Source of the DNA: Ilumatobacteraceae bacterium
GTDB lineage: Bacteria; Actinomycetota; Acidimicrobiia; Acidimicrobiales; Ilumatobacteraceae
Reading direction: 5' to 3'
Length of the DNA: 64,000 nucleotides
Assembly: GCA_040398525.1 (NCBI GenBank)
Contig: JBBATY010000009.1
Span: forward strand, 22,416-86,415
The notes beneath the pieces were generated by a model, which had not been told where the DNA came from, did not search any database, and was given only the letters and a program-made list of their open reading frames with translations. The position numbers and the translations under genes are program-made. Position 1 is the first letter of the stretch, and each line of letters starts with the position of its first letter. Below, piece after piece: positions 7,863 to 17,836 of this stretch.

Positions 7863-10339
7863 GCCTTCACGCGTGCATTGGTGGGGTCGTAGAGGGGGGA
7901 GAGGGTCGCCTCGGCGGGCACCCGTTCGGTGGCGACCTCGAGCTCGTACGACCCGGCGAGCACCCAGTCGGCGGTGACGCCGGCGTGGTTGCGCACGTAG
8001 CCCATGCCGATGGAGCGTTCCACCGTGTAGCCGTAGCCGCCGCTGGTGAGCCACCCGCAGCGATCACCGTCGCGGTAGATCGTCTCCCTGCCGAGCAGCA
8101 CGACCCCTGGGTCCACCGTGAAGGTGGTGAGCACCTTGCGCACGCCCTGCTCGCGCTGGGCCACGATCGCCTCGCGCCCGATGAAGTCGATCCCGCTGCG
8201 CAGCTTGACGGCCCAGCCGAGGCCTGCCTCGATCGGCGTGTGGTCGGGCCCGATGTCCGAGCCCCACGCCCGGTACCCCTTCTCGAGGCGGCAGCTCTCG
8301 ATCGCCCGGTACCCGGCGTTGACGAGGCCGTGGGGAGCGCCGGCATCCATCAGCCGGTCGTACACCCGGGTCGCGTACTCGACCGGGAGATGGAGCTCCC
8401 AGCCGAGCTCGCCCATGTAGGTGACGCGCAACGCCCGCACCGGGCATCCGGCGACGCCGATGGTCTGCACCGTGCCGAACGGGAACGCCTCATTGGAGAC
8501 GTCAGCACGCGTCACGTGCTGGAGGATGCTGCGGGACTCGGGACCCATCAGCGTGAGGGTCGACCACGCCGAGGTGACGTCGAAGGCTTCGACGTGGGCA
8601 TCGGCTGGCAGGTTGCGCTCGATCCAGTCGAGGTCGTGGGTGGCGAACCCCGTGCCCGTGACGAGGTAGAACTCGTCGTGACCCACACGGGCGACGGTGA
8701 GGTCGCACTGAATGCCGCCGCGCTCGTCGAGCAGTTGCGTATAGGTCAGCGATCCGACGGGCTTGCGCACGTTGTTCGCACACAGTCGGTCGAGGGCTGC
8801 GCCAGCATCGGCACCCTTGATCGCGTACTTCGCGAACGACGTCTGATCGACGAGCACTGCAGCTTCGCGGCAGGCGCGGTGCTCGCGCCCGACTGCCGCG
8901 AACCAGTTCTGGCGCCCATAGGTGTAGACGTCGTGGTCGGCCTCGCCCTGCGTCGGGTCGTGGTACCAGTTCGGCCGTTCCCATCCGAGCTTCTCGCCGA
9001 ACACCGCACCGGCCGAACGCAGACGTTCGAACAGTGGCGAGACCCGCGCCGGTCGTCCGCTGTGGTGCTCCTCGAACGGCCACGCCATCGTGTAGTGCTT
9101 GGCGTAGGCCTCGAGCGTGCGGCTGCGCACCCAGTCGACATCGCGATGTGGCCGTCCGAAGCGCCGCAGGTCGACCACCCAGAGGTCGAACGGGGGCCGT
9201 CCGTCGTGCACCCACTCGGCAAGCGCCTGCCCCGCACCGCCACCCGCGGCGATGCCGAAGGCGTTGAAGCCTGCACCGACGAACAGGTTCGGCAGCTCGG
9301 GAGCTTCCCCGAGGATGAAGTTCCCGTCCGGCGTGAAGCTCTCCGGGCCGTTGATCAGGGTTCGGATGCCCACCTCCGCCAGCGCCGGCACACGGCCGAT
9401 GGCGAGCTCCATGATCGGGGCGAAGTGGTCGACATCGGCGTCGAGCAACTGGAACTGGAACGGTCGCGGGATCCCGTCGACCGCCCACGGGATCGGGTTC
9501 GGCTCGTACCCGCCCATGACGAGGCCGCCGACCTCCTCCTTGTAGTAGGTCAACCGGTCGGGGTCGCGCAGCGTGGGCAACGACCGCGGAACCTCCGGCG
9601 TGAACGGTTCGGTGATGACGTACTGGTGCTCGACCGAGACGAGCGGGACGCTCACGCCCACCGTCGCTGCCAGCTCGCGGGTCCACTGCCCGGCGCACAG
9701 CACCACCTTCTCGCACTCGATGCGGCCGCGATCGGTGACGACAGCACGGATCCGGCCGTCGACCACCTCGATCGAGAGGACCTCGGTGTGCTCGCACAGC
9801 GTCGCCCCGGCCATCCGGGCGCCACGGGCGAGGGCCATGGTGATGTCGCTCGGGCTGGCCTGGCCATCGGTGGGCAGGAATGCTGCTCCGACCAGGTCGT
9901 CGATCTCCATCAGCGGCCAGAGCTCCTGTGCCTCACGTGGTGAGAGCAGGTGCATCTCGAGCCCGAAGCTCTTCGCCGTCGTGGCTTGGCGCCGAACCTC
10001 CGTCCACCGCTCGTCATTGCAGGCCAGGCGCAGGCCGCCGTTCATCTTCCAACCCGTCGCCTGTCCCGTCTCGGCCTCGAGCCGTCGGTACAGGTCGACG
10101 CTGTTGCCGAGCAACTGGGTGATGTTCGCACTGGTGCGCAGCTGCCCGACGAGACCGGCAGCGTGGAAGGTCGAGCCCGAGGTGAGCTGATGCTTCTCGA
10201 CGAGCACGGTGTCGGTCCAGCCGAGCTTGGCGAGGTGGTAGGCGGTCGAGCACCCCACGATGCCGCCACCCACGACCACGGCCCGGGCCGATGTGGGGAA
10301 GTCGCTCATGGCTGCGACCGTAGTCGTTGGTTCCAACAT
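7859..10339 (-). CDS. FAD-dependent oxidoreductase fused to a GcvT domain (dimethylglycine/sarcosine dehydrogenase family), paralogue 2
   Basis: ARAVVVGGGIVGCSTAYHL...STFHAAGLVGQLRTS...YMGELGWELH...RLEKGY. The start is taken at the ATG at 10339 (MLEPTTTVAAMSDF). The ATG at 10309 is an alternative, and neither has a strong SD. Confidence 0.85.
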   Translation of the reverse strand: MLEPTTTVAAMSDFPTSARAVVVGGGIVGCSTAYHLAKLGWTDTVLVEKHQLTSGSTFHAAGLVGQLRTSANITQLLGNSVDLYRRLEAETGQATGWKMNGGLRLACNDERWTEVRRQATTAKSFGLEMHLLSPREAQELWPLMEIDDLVGAAFLPTDGQASPSDITMALARGARMAGATLCEHTEVLSIEVVDGRIRAVVTDRGRIECEKVVLCAGQWTRELAATVGVSVPLVSVEHQYVITEPFTPEVPRSLPTLRDPDRLTYYKEEVGGLVMGGYEPNPIPWAVDGIPRPFQFQLLDADVDHFAPIMELAIGRVPALAEVGIRTLINGPESFTPDGNFILGEAPELPNLFVGAGFNAFGIAAGGGAGQALAEWVHDGRPPFDLWVVDLRRFGRPHRDVDWVRSRTLEAYAKHYTMAWPFEEHHSGRPARVSPLFERLRSAGAVFGEKLGWERPNWYHDPTQGEADHDVYTYGRQNWFAAVGREHRACREAAVLVDQTSFAKYAIKGADAGAALDRLCANNVRKPVGSLTYTQLLDERGGIQCDLTVARVGHDEFYLVTGTGFATHDLDWIERNLPADAHVEAFDVTSAWSTLTLMGPESRSILQHVTRADVSNEAFPFGTVQTIGVAGCPVRALRVTYMGELGWELHLPVEYATRVYDRLMDAGAPHGLVNAGYRAIESCRLEKGYRAWGSDIGPDHTPIEAGLGWAVKLRSGIDFIGREAIVAQREQGVRKVLTTFTVDPGVVLLGRETIYRDGDRCGWLTSGGYGYTVERSIGMGYVRNHAGVTADWVLAGSYELEVATERVPAEATLSPLYDPTNARVKA

Positions 10340-10387
10340 GATCGGACAGTCCTGGCGTTTTCTGGAGGGAGGCGCAAAGATGACGCG

Positions 10388-11239
10388 ATGGGGACCGTCG
10401 AGCACCGGCTCGAGCACGACGTGCTGAGCGTCGTGTCGCTGCGCGGCTCGATGGGGGTACGTGACCTGGCTGTGCTCCTCGGCGTGTCCGAGCAGACGGT
10501 TCGCCGGGTCGTGCGCCCGATGGTGGCCCGCGGCCAGGTGGCCAAGGTCCACGGCGCGGTGGTCGCCACGCAGCGACCTGGCGAGCAGCCATTCCTCGCT
10601 CGGATGAACGTGGCTCGCCACGCCAAGGTCGCCATCGCAGCCGAGGTGGCCAAGCTGGTCGCAGACGGCGATTCGGTAGTGCTCGACACCGGCTCGACAA
10701 CTGGCTACATCGCCCAGGCCCTGCGGCAACACCGCGAGCTCACCGTGGTGACCAACTCTGCGTTCATCGCCACGAGCTTGGCCACCATTCCTGGGAACCG
10801 TGTGTACATCGCAGGAACCGAACTACGCAGCCACGACGGCGCGTCGTTCGATCGGCGTGCGTTCGAGGTGGTGCAGTCGATGCGCGTGCGGTGGGCCGTG
10901 CTGTCGGCCTCGGCGGTCGACGCAAGGCGCGGCTTCATGGTGCACGACCGCGCCGAGGCCGAGATGTCGGCGGCGATGGCGGCCATCGCCGACACACGGA
11001 TCATGGCGGTCGATCGCTCGAAGTGGGGACGCTGCGCGCTCGTGGCTGTCGAGGGGCTCCGAGCCGGCGACATCGTCGTCAGCGACGGCCCACCTGCGAC
11101 GGACTTCGCCTCGCTCCTCGAAACGATGCGGCTCGTCGACGCCTCGCCCGGGTCGATCGAGCGCGCCGTCTATGCTCGACCAACCGAGCAGGCGGGGCTC
11201 GGATTGGTTGCGGGGTCGGGGGAGGAGGACCACTGGTGA
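10388..11239 (+). CDS. DeoR family transcriptional regulator
   Basis: ATG at 10388 ([42 protein letters not shown]...). It has an N-terminal wHTH and a DeoR C-terminal sugar-phosphate-isomerase-like domain ([15 protein letters not shown]). GGAGGGAGG lies upstream. It is divergent from the DMGDH genes. Confidence 0.85.
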   Translation: MGTVEHRLEHDVLSVVSLRGSMGVRDLAVLLGVSEQTVRRVVRPMVARGQVAKVHGAVVATQRPGEQPFLARMNVARHAKVAIAAEVAKLVADGDSVVLDTGSTTGYIAQALRQHRELTVVTNSAFIATSLATIPGNRVYIAGTELRSHDGASFDRRAFEVVQSMRVRWAVLSASAVDARRGFMVHDRAEAEMSAAMAAIADTRIMAVDRSKWGRCALVAVEGLRAGDIVVSDGPPATDFASLLETMRLVDASPGSIERAVYARPTEQAGLGLVAGSGEEDHW

Positions 11240-12258
11240 GCGAGCCCATGATCTCGGTGCGCAACCTGTGGAAGGTGTACGGACCGCGGCCTGAGCGCAT
11301 CGTCGGCTCGGCCGAGGCCGATCTGCCACGCAAGGAACTCGAGGCGCGAACCGGCAACGTCGTGGCGATGCGCGACATCGACCTCGACGTCGCCCCCGGT
11401 GAGGTGTTCGTGGTGATGGGCCTCTCCGGCAGCGGCAAGAGCACCCTGGTGCGCTGCCTGACGCGCCTCATCGAGCCGACGGCCGGGACCGTTCGCATCG
11501 GCGACACCGACGTGACCGCCGCAAGCGGCGACGCTCTGCTCGAGATCCGACGCCACAAGGTGAGCATGGTCTTCCAGCACTTCGGACTCCTTCCCCACCG
11601 CAGCCTGGTCGACAACGTGGCATTCGGCCTCGAGGTGCGTGGGGCCGACAAGGCCGAGCGGCGGGCTCGGGCCCTCGCCCAACTCGAGCTCGTGGGCTTG
11701 GCGGGGATGGGCGACTACCGGCCGCACCAGTTGAGCGGGGGCCAGCAGCAGCGGGTGGGCTTGGCTCGTGCACTGGCCACCGGGCCGGATGTGCTGCTCT
11801 TCGACGAGCCGTTCTCGGCGCTCGACCCACTCATCCGTCGCGAGATGCAGGACGAGGTCATCCGCCTGCGTCGAGAGGTGAACACCACGATGGTGTTCAT
11901 CACCCACGACCTCTCCGAAGCCCTGCGAATCGGAGACCGGATCGCGATCATGCGTGATGGCCGCTTCGTGCAGGTCGGCACGCCCGCAGAGGTTGTGCTC
12001 GAACCGGCCGACGATTACGTGCGCAACTTCGTTCGCGATGTGCCGCGATCGCACGTCGTGCCCGTGGGAGCCGTGATGGAACCGCTCGGTGACGGCCCGT
12101 TCGGTAGCGATGTGCCGGCCTCGGCCAAGGTGCGCGATGTGGTGGGTGAGGTCGCGCACCACGACCGGCCGATACGGGTGCTCGATGCCGCGGGTCAACC
12201 CGCCGGCCAGGTGACGCGCGCAGCGGTGTTGGCCGTCATCGCCGGAGAGGACCTGTGA
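11236..12258 (+). CDS. proV: Glycine betaine/proline betaine ABC transporter ATP-binding protein (ProV/OpuAA-like)
   Basis: GTG at 11236 is preceded by GGAGGAGGA and overlaps the DeoR stop (GTGA). Walker A is GLSGSGKST, the signature is LSGGQQQRV and Walker B is [11 protein letters not shown]. It has a C-terminal CBS-like tail. Confidence 0.85.
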   Translation: MSEPMISVRNLWKVYGPRPERIVGSAEADLPRKELEARTGNVVAMRDIDLDVAPGEVFVVMGLSGSGKSTLVRCLTRLIEPTAGTVRIGDTDVTAASGDALLEIRRHKVSMVFQHFGLLPHRSLVDNVAFGLEVRGADKAERRARALAQLELVGLAGMGDYRPHQLSGGQQQRVGLARALATGPDVLLFDEPFSALDPLIRREMQDEVIRLRREVNTTMVFITHDLSEALRIGDRIAIMRDGRFVQVGTPAEVVLEPADDYVRNFVRDVPRSHVVPVGAVMEPLGDGPFGSDVPASAKVRDVVGEVAHHDRPIRVLDAAGQPAGQVTRAAVLAVIAGEDL

Positions 12259-12259
12259 G

Positions 12260-14200
12260 GTGACCGCGGCGACGCTGACCCCGTCACCGACGGTCGGGTC
12301 GGTGGGAGCGCGTCGGTGGCTGGTTCCGGTGGGGGTCTTCGCTGCGCTGTTCGTCGTCGCGTTTGCGGCGTCGCCCGATGTGCCCGATTGGCTCGACATC
12401 GGCTTCCAGAAATGGGTCCGCGACCGCTACCTCTGGACAGTCGAGAACAGCGACAACTGGATCTTCTCCTACATCTTCGAACCGATCGGTTCAGCGATCA
12501 ACTGGCTGGTCCGACAGGCGATCGACCTCCTCTCCTGGTTGAGGTGGACGGGAGTGCTGGCCATTGCCGGCGCCATCGCGTGGCGCGGCGGCGGGTGGCG
12601 CGCCTGTGCAGCAACCAGCGCTGCACTGCTCGGTGTGGGCGTGCTGGGCGTCTGGGACCCGGCCATGGTGACCCTGGCCGTGATGCTCGTCGCCGTCACC
12701 ATCGCGCTCGCTATCGGCATCCCGCTCGGAGTGTGGAGTGCTCGCTCGGCACGGGTCGAGAGCATCCTGCGACCCATCCTCGACACCGCCCAAGTGATGC
12801 CGGCATTCGTCTACCTGATCCCGCTGGTCGTGCTCTTCGGCATCAAGTACCCGCCGGCAGTCCTGGCAACGGTGATCTACGCCGTGCCCCCAGCCGTGCG
12901 CCTCACCAGCCACGGCCTGCGCAGCGTGCCCGTGGTGAGCAACGAGGTGGCAGTGTCGTTCGGCTGCACCTCGTGGCAGCAGCTGGTGAAGGTACAGGTC
13001 CCACTTGCCCGGCGAGCCATCCTGCTCGGCCTCAACCAGGTGATCATGATGGCGTTCGGAATCGTGGTCATCGCCTCGGTCCTCGGCGTCGACGACCTCG
13101 GCGGCCTGGTGCTGAAGGGGTTGCAGAAGAACGACGTCGGAGCCGCCTTCGTTCCCGGTCTGGCCATCGTGCTGCTCGCCATCGCGTTCGACCGTATGTC
13201 GACGGGGGAGCGGCCGGATGGGTCGACCGTGACGCGGCGCGACACGCTCATCGCCGCCGGCGTGGTCATCGCGGCCATCGCAGCTGCCTACGTCTTCAGC
13301 CAGCAGACGTTTCCGAGCTCGTTGACCGTCGACATCTCCGACCGCGTCAATCAGGTCGTCGACTGGTTCCAGGATGCGCTCGTCGACATCACCGAGACGA
13401 TCAACCGGGTCATCGTCACCGATCTGCTCGAGCCGATGCGCAGGTTCTTGACCGCCACCCCGTGGCTCGTGGTCGTGGTGGCGGTCGCTGCCATCGCCTA
13501 CGCCAGCCGGGGATGGCGCCTCGCCCTCGGCTGCGCCGCCTGCCTCGTCGCCATCGGCGCGTTGGGCGACATTCCCGGCGGTGAGGGGGGCAGGACGTCG
13601 TTGTGGGACCTGGCGATGAACACGCTCAGCCAGGTGCTGCTCGCCATCGTGATCAGCGTCCTCATCGCGCTGCCGCTCGGCGTCTGGGCCGGGAGGTCGC
13701 CACGGGTGGATGCAGCGTTGCGACCCATCCTCGACGCGGCGCAGGTGATGCCACAGTTCGTCTACCTGATCCCCGTGCTGTTCCTGTTCGACCCAGGCCG
13801 TGGGGCCGGTGTCGTGGCGTCGGTGATCTACGCCGTGCCTCCGTGCATCCGGTTGACGAGCCTCGGGCTGCGAGAGGTTCCGGTGGCGCCTCGCGAAGCA
13901 GCGGTGTCGTTCGGTGCCACGCCCCGCCAGGAACTGTTCAAGGTCCAGTTGCCCCTGGCGTTCCGCTCGATCATGCTGGGAATCAACCAGAGCATCCTGA
14001 TGGTGCTCGCCACGGTCATCATCGCTGCGCTCATCGGCGCTGGCGCACTCGGCCTCGTGTCGTACGAGGCGTTCGCCAAACCGATCCTGAAGATCGGCTC
14101 CGGCGCGGCTGGTGGCGTGGCTATCGTTCTGCTTGCCGTGGTGCTCGACCGCATCACCCAGGCATGGGGAACACCACGCCGGACCCGTCCGGCGCCGTGA
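12260..14200 (+). CDS. proW: Fused double permease of the glycine betaine/proline ABC transporter (ProW-ProW tandem)
   Basis: 646 aa with two BPD-type transmembrane domains. Each carries the same conserved block (ILDTAQVMPAFVYLIP...VIYAVPPAVRLTSHGL and ILDAAQVMPQFVYLIP...VIYAVPPCIRLTSLGL). Confidence 0.85.
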   Translation: MTAATLTPSPTVGSVGARRWLVPVGVFAALFVVAFAASPDVPDWLDIGFQKWVRDRYLWTVENSDNWIFSYIFEPIGSAINWLVRQAIDLLSWLRWTGVLAIAGAIAWRGGGWRACAATSAALLGVGVLGVWDPAMVTLAVMLVAVTIALAIGIPLGVWSARSARVESILRPILDTAQVMPAFVYLIPLVVLFGIKYPPAVLATVIYAVPPAVRLTSHGLRSVPVVSNEVAVSFGCTSWQQLVKVQVPLARRAILLGLNQVIMMAFGIVVIASVLGVDDLGGLVLKGLQKNDVGAAFVPGLAIVLLAIAFDRMSTGERPDGSTVTRRDTLIAAGVVIAAIAAAYVFSQQTFPSSLTVDISDRVNQVVDWFQDALVDITETINRVIVTDLLEPMRRFLTATPWLVVVVAVAAIAYASRGWRLALGCAACLVAIGALGDIPGGEGGRTSLWDLAMNTLSQVLLAIVISVLIALPLGVWAGRSPRVDAALRPILDAAQVMPQFVYLIPVLFLFDPGRGAGVVASVIYAVPPCIRLTSLGLREVPVAPREAAVSFGATPRQELFKVQLPLAFRSIMLGINQSILMVLATVIIAALIGAGALGLVSYEAFAKPILKIGSGAAGGVAIVLLAVVLDRITQAWGTPRRTRPAP

Positions 14201-14228
14201 CTCGCACAACACCAACAGGGGGAACCGA

Positions 14229-15242
14229 ATGAAGACAACACCACGCAGGACTCGGCTGCTGGCAGGCGGGCTCGCCGTCGCCGCGCTGCTCGCCGCCTGT
14301 GGCGGCGACGACGAGGCAGCCACCACCACAGCAGCACCCGACACCACTGCCGACTCCGGTGGCGGCGGAGAAGCTGGGGCGGGGATCGTCCTGGCGGCGA
14401 ACCCTTGGACCGGTTCGGCTGTGAACGCGTACGTGGCCAAGGTCGCGCTCGAAGCAGCAGGCACGCCGGTCGAGATCCTCGACATCGACGAGAACTCCAC
14501 CTGGGTGGGCCTCGACGACGGCAGCATCGATGCCGTGCTCGAGGTCTGGCCCTCGGGTCACGCCGCCGACTACGAGACCTACATCACCGGCAAGGGCTCG
14601 GTGGTCGACCTCGGCCTGCTCGGCCCGCAGGCGAAGATCGGCTGGTACGTGCCCACGTTCGTCGTCGACGAGAACCCGGCCCTGGCGACGTGGGAGGGCT
14701 TCAAGGACGCTGAGCTGGCGAAGCTGTTCGCAACCGACGAGTCCGGCGCCGACCTCGGCCAGTTCCTGATGGGCGACCCGAGCTACGTCACCTTCGACGA
14801 GCAGATCATCGCCAACCTCGAGCTGCCGCTCAAGTACGTCGTCGCCGGTTCCGAGACGGCCCTCATCACGGCCATCCAGAAGGCCGTCGACGAAAAGACC
14901 CCGCTGCTGCTGCAGTTCTGGCAGCCCCACTGGCTCCAGAGCAAGGTCGATCTCACCGAGGTGAAACTCCCCGAGGTCACCGAGGCCTGCGCGGCGTCGG
15001 CCGCTGCCGGCGACGGCGGGTACGTGTGCGACTACCCGGTCGACCAGCTCTACAAGGCCGGATCGGCCAAGCTCGAGGCCAAGAACAAGATGGCCTTCGA
15101 CTTCCTGAAGAAGTTCCAATTGACGACCGATCAGCAGAACGAGATCGCTGCGATGATCGACAGTGACGGCATGACGCCGTTGGATGCGGCCACGAAGTGG
15201 GTCGAGGCCAACGCTGATGTCGTCAAGGGGTGGATGGGCTGA
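14229..15242 (+). CDS. proX: Glycine betaine ABC transporter substrate-binding lipoprotein (ProX/OpuAC-like)
   Basis: ATG at 14229 (MKTTPRRTRLLAGGLAVAALLAACGG, a lipobox). An OpuAC-type fold pattern is present (ANPWTGS, EVWPSGH, GWYVP, FWQPHW). Confidence 0.85.
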   Translation: MKTTPRRTRLLAGGLAVAALLAACGGDDEAATTTAAPDTTADSGGGGEAGAGIVLAANPWTGSAVNAYVAKVALEAAGTPVEILDIDENSTWVGLDDGSIDAVLEVWPSGHAADYETYITGKGSVVDLGLLGPQAKIGWYVPTFVVDENPALATWEGFKDAELAKLFATDESGADLGQFLMGDPSYVTFDEQIIANLELPLKYVVAGSETALITAIQKAVDEKTPLLLQFWQPHWLQSKVDLTEVKLPEVTEACAASAAAGDGGYVCDYPVDQLYKAGSAKLEAKNKMAFDFLKKFQLTTDQQNEIAAMIDSDGMTPLDAATKWVEANADVVKGWMG

Positions 15243-15266
15243 CCCCGTCCGGCCCGACAGCGTGAT

Positions 15267-15294
15267 CGAGGGGGTGGCTGCGGCCGCCCCCTCG
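15267..15294. terminator. GC-rich hairpin between convergent proX and betA (probable bidirectional terminator)
   Basis: 12-bp stem cgagggggtggc (15267-15278) pairs with gccgccccctcg (15283-15294), with one G-U pair and the loop tgcg. There is no U-tract. Confidence 0.5.
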
Positions 15295-15306
15295 TCGCGT
15301 CCGGGC

Positions 15307-16959
15307 TCAGGCGTGCGGCGCCCGGTAGAACTCGGTGTGCTCGGGTGCCAGGGGCGTGTTGCCCAGGATCAGGTCGGCAGCCTTCTCGGCCATCATCATC
15401 ACCGGTGCATAGATGTTGCCGTTGGTGACGTAGCGCATCGCCGACGCGTCGACGACGCGCACGCCCTCGACCCCGTGGACCTTCATCGTGAGCGGGTCGA
15501 CGACGCTGTCGTCGTCTTCGCGGCCCATTCGACAGGTGCACGAGGGATGGAGCGCTGTCTCGCCGTCCTTGCGGACCCACTCGAGGATCTGCTCGTCGGT
15601 CTCGACCTGCGGCCCAGGGGAGATCTCGCCGCCGTCGTACGGTGCCAGAGCGGGCTGGGAGAGGATGCGCCGCGCCGTTCGGATCGCCTCGACCCACTCT
15701 CGGTGGTCCTCGGGGGTCGACAGGTAGTTGAAGCGGAGCGCTGGCTTCTCGCGGGGGTCGCTGCTGCGGATCAGCACCGAACCCTCGGAGTTCGAGTACA
15801 TCGGGCCGATGTGGACCTGATAGCCGTGTCCGCCTGCCGGTGCCGAGCCGTCGTAGCGAACGGCGATCGGCAGGAAGTGGAACATCAGGTTGGGGTACGT
15901 CACGTCGTCGTTGCTCCGGGCGAACCCGCCGGACTCGAAGTGGTTGCTGGCTCCGGGTCCTTTGCGTCGGAACAGCCAGTTCGCACCGATGAACGGGCGG
16001 CGCCAGAACTGCAGGTTCGGCTGTAGCGACACGGGTTGGCTGCATGCATGCTGGACGTACACCTCGAGGTGGTCCTGCATGTGCTGGCCGACAGCAGGGA
16101 GGTGGTGCACGACCGGGATGCCCAATGGCGCGAGATGCTCGGCATCGCCCACACCGCTCAGTTGCAGCAGTTGGGGGCTGTTGAACGCCCCGCCGCAGAG
16201 CACCACCTCGCCGGCACGCACCGTGCGCACCTTGCCGCGAACGCTGTACTCGACGCCTGTCGCGCGAACACCGTCGAACAGCACCCGGTGAACCAGGGCC
16301 CGCGTGGTGACCGTGAGGTTCGCCCGCGACATCACGGGGTGCAGGTACGCCCGTGCTGCGCTCAGACGCCGGCCGCGATGGACGTTACGGTCGAAGCGGG
16401 TGAAACCTTCCTGCCGGTAACCGTTCACGTCCGTGGTCCGTTCCCAGCCGGCCTGCTCGGTCGCCTCGAGGAACGCCTCGATCAGTGGATTGTCGGAGGG
16501 CCCGCGCTCGAGCACCAGTGGGCCCGAACCACCGCGGAAGTCGTCGGCGCCGGCGAGGCAGGTCTCCATGCGCTTGAAGTAGGGCAGGCAGTGCGCGTAG
16601 TCCCAGGTGTCCATCCCAGGGTCGGCAGCCCAGCGCTCGTAGTCCATCGGGTTGCCCCGCTGGAAGATCATCCCGTTGATGCTGCTCGAGCCTCCGAGCA
16701 CCTTTCCGCGGGCGTGGTAGACCCGCCGGCCGTTCATGTGCGGCTCTGGCTCGCTCTCGTACTTCCAGTCGTAGAAGCGGCTCCCGATCGGGAACATCAG
16801 CGCAGCGGGCATGTGGATGAACACGTCCCAGCGGTAGTCCGGTCGTCCGGCCTCGAGCACGAGGACCCGGTTCGCCGGATCCGCACTCAATCTGTTGGCC
16901 AGCGCCGAGCCGGCCGAGCCACCGCCGACGATCACGTAGTCGTACATCTCACCGGACAT
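15307..16959 (-). CDS. betA: Choline dehydrogenase (GMC oxidoreductase)
   Basis: 550 aa. It reads [54 protein letters not shown]...[18 protein letters not shown], with GMC signatures and a C-terminal [13 protein letters not shown] lies 8 nt upstream of the ATG. Confidence 0.85.
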   Translation of the reverse strand: MSGEMYDYVIVGGGSAGSALANRLSADPANRVLVLEAGRPDYRWDVFIHMPAALMFPIGSRFYDWKYESEPEPHMNGRRVYHARGKVLGGSSSINGMIFQRGNPMDYERWAADPGMDTWDYAHCLPYFKRMETCLAGADDFRGGSGPLVLERGPSDNPLIEAFLEATEQAGWERTTDVNGYRQEGFTRFDRNVHRGRRLSAARAYLHPVMSRANLTVTTRALVHRVLFDGVRATGVEYSVRGKVRTVRAGEVVLCGGAFNSPQLLQLSGVGDAEHLAPLGIPVVHHLPAVGQHMQDHLEVYVQHACSQPVSLQPNLQFWRRPFIGANWLFRRKGPGASNHFESGGFARSNDDVTYPNLMFHFLPIAVRYDGSAPAGGHGYQVHIGPMYSNSEGSVLIRSSDPREKPALRFNYLSTPEDHREWVEAIRTARRILSQPALAPYDGGEISPGPQVETDEQILEWVRKDGETALHPSCTCRMGREDDDSVVDPLTMKVHGVEGVRVVDASAMRYVTNGNIYAPVMMMAEKAADLILGNTPLAPEHTEFYRAPHA

Positions 16960-17034
16960 CGTGGAGCCTCGTCTCTCGGACAGAAGTGGGGGCAGGGGTC
17001 AGGGGCAGGGACGTGGAGCGAGCGAGGGGCATCG

Positions 17035-17784
17035 TCATACGTGCTCCACAGCTGCACGCAGTCGTCGCGCTGCGGCGACGACGAGCCCGCCGATCTCCTC
17101 GGGTGCCCGGGTGCCGGGGAAGCGATGGGCTGGTCCGTGCGAATGGATGGCTGCGATCACATCGCCACGCTCGTTGCGGATCGGTGCCGCCACCGAGTTG
17201 GCGCCGTCGGCAAATTCCTCATAGTTCCAGGCGTAGCCGGTCTCGCGGATCTCGGCGAGCCGCCTCCGGAGGGTGCCAGGGTCGGTGATCGTGCGGCTGG
17301 TGAAGGCCTGTAAGGGGCCCTTCAGGTAGGCCTCGACGAAGGCCGGCTCGGCCCATGCGAGGAAGACGAGGCCGGAGGGCACCGCATGCATCACGATGCG
17401 CTCACCGGTCCAGTCGCGGACCTGGACCTGGTTGTCGGAGTCCGCCTGATCGACATAGTGCGCCATCCGTCCCTCGGGCACCGCCAGCCCAGCCGCCTCG
17501 CCGGTCTGACGGGCGAGCTCGACCAGGTGGGGGCGGGCGGCAGCCACCAGCGACCGTCCGGGCATGACGGCCGACGCGATCTCGATCAGGCCGCTGCCGA
17601 TGCGGTAGTTGCCTCCCGCAGCGATCTGTTCGACCACTCCGAGCTCCTCGAGGGTGGCGAGCAGTCGAGAAACGGTGCTTTTCGGCAGGTCGACTTGCTC
17701 GGCCAGCTGAGTGACACCAGCCGGACCGGCCGTCAGCGAGCGCAGCACGGCGAACGCTCGGTCGATCGACTGCACGGTGCTCAT
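17035..17784 (-). CDS. IclR family transcriptional regulator
   Basis: 249 aa. It starts MSTVQSIDRAFAVLRSL...GVTQLAEQVDLPKSTVSRLLATLEELG (wHTH) and continues with an IclR effector domain. Confidence 0.9.
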   Translation of the reverse strand: MSTVQSIDRAFAVLRSLTAGPAGVTQLAEQVDLPKSTVSRLLATLEELGVVEQIAAGGNYRIGSGLIEIASAVMPGRSLVAAARPHLVELARQTGEAAGLAVPEGRMAHYVDQADSDNQVQVRDWTGERIVMHAVPSGLVFLAWAEPAFVEAYLKGPLQAFTSRTITDPGTLRRRLAEIRETGYAWNYEEFADGANSVAAPIRNERGDVIAAIHSHGPAHRFPGTRAPEEIGGLVVAAARRLRAAVEHV

Positions 17785-17836
17785 GGTCGTCCCACTCTAC
17801 GGGACGCTGCCCGCACTGCGGAACAGCGACCGCCGG

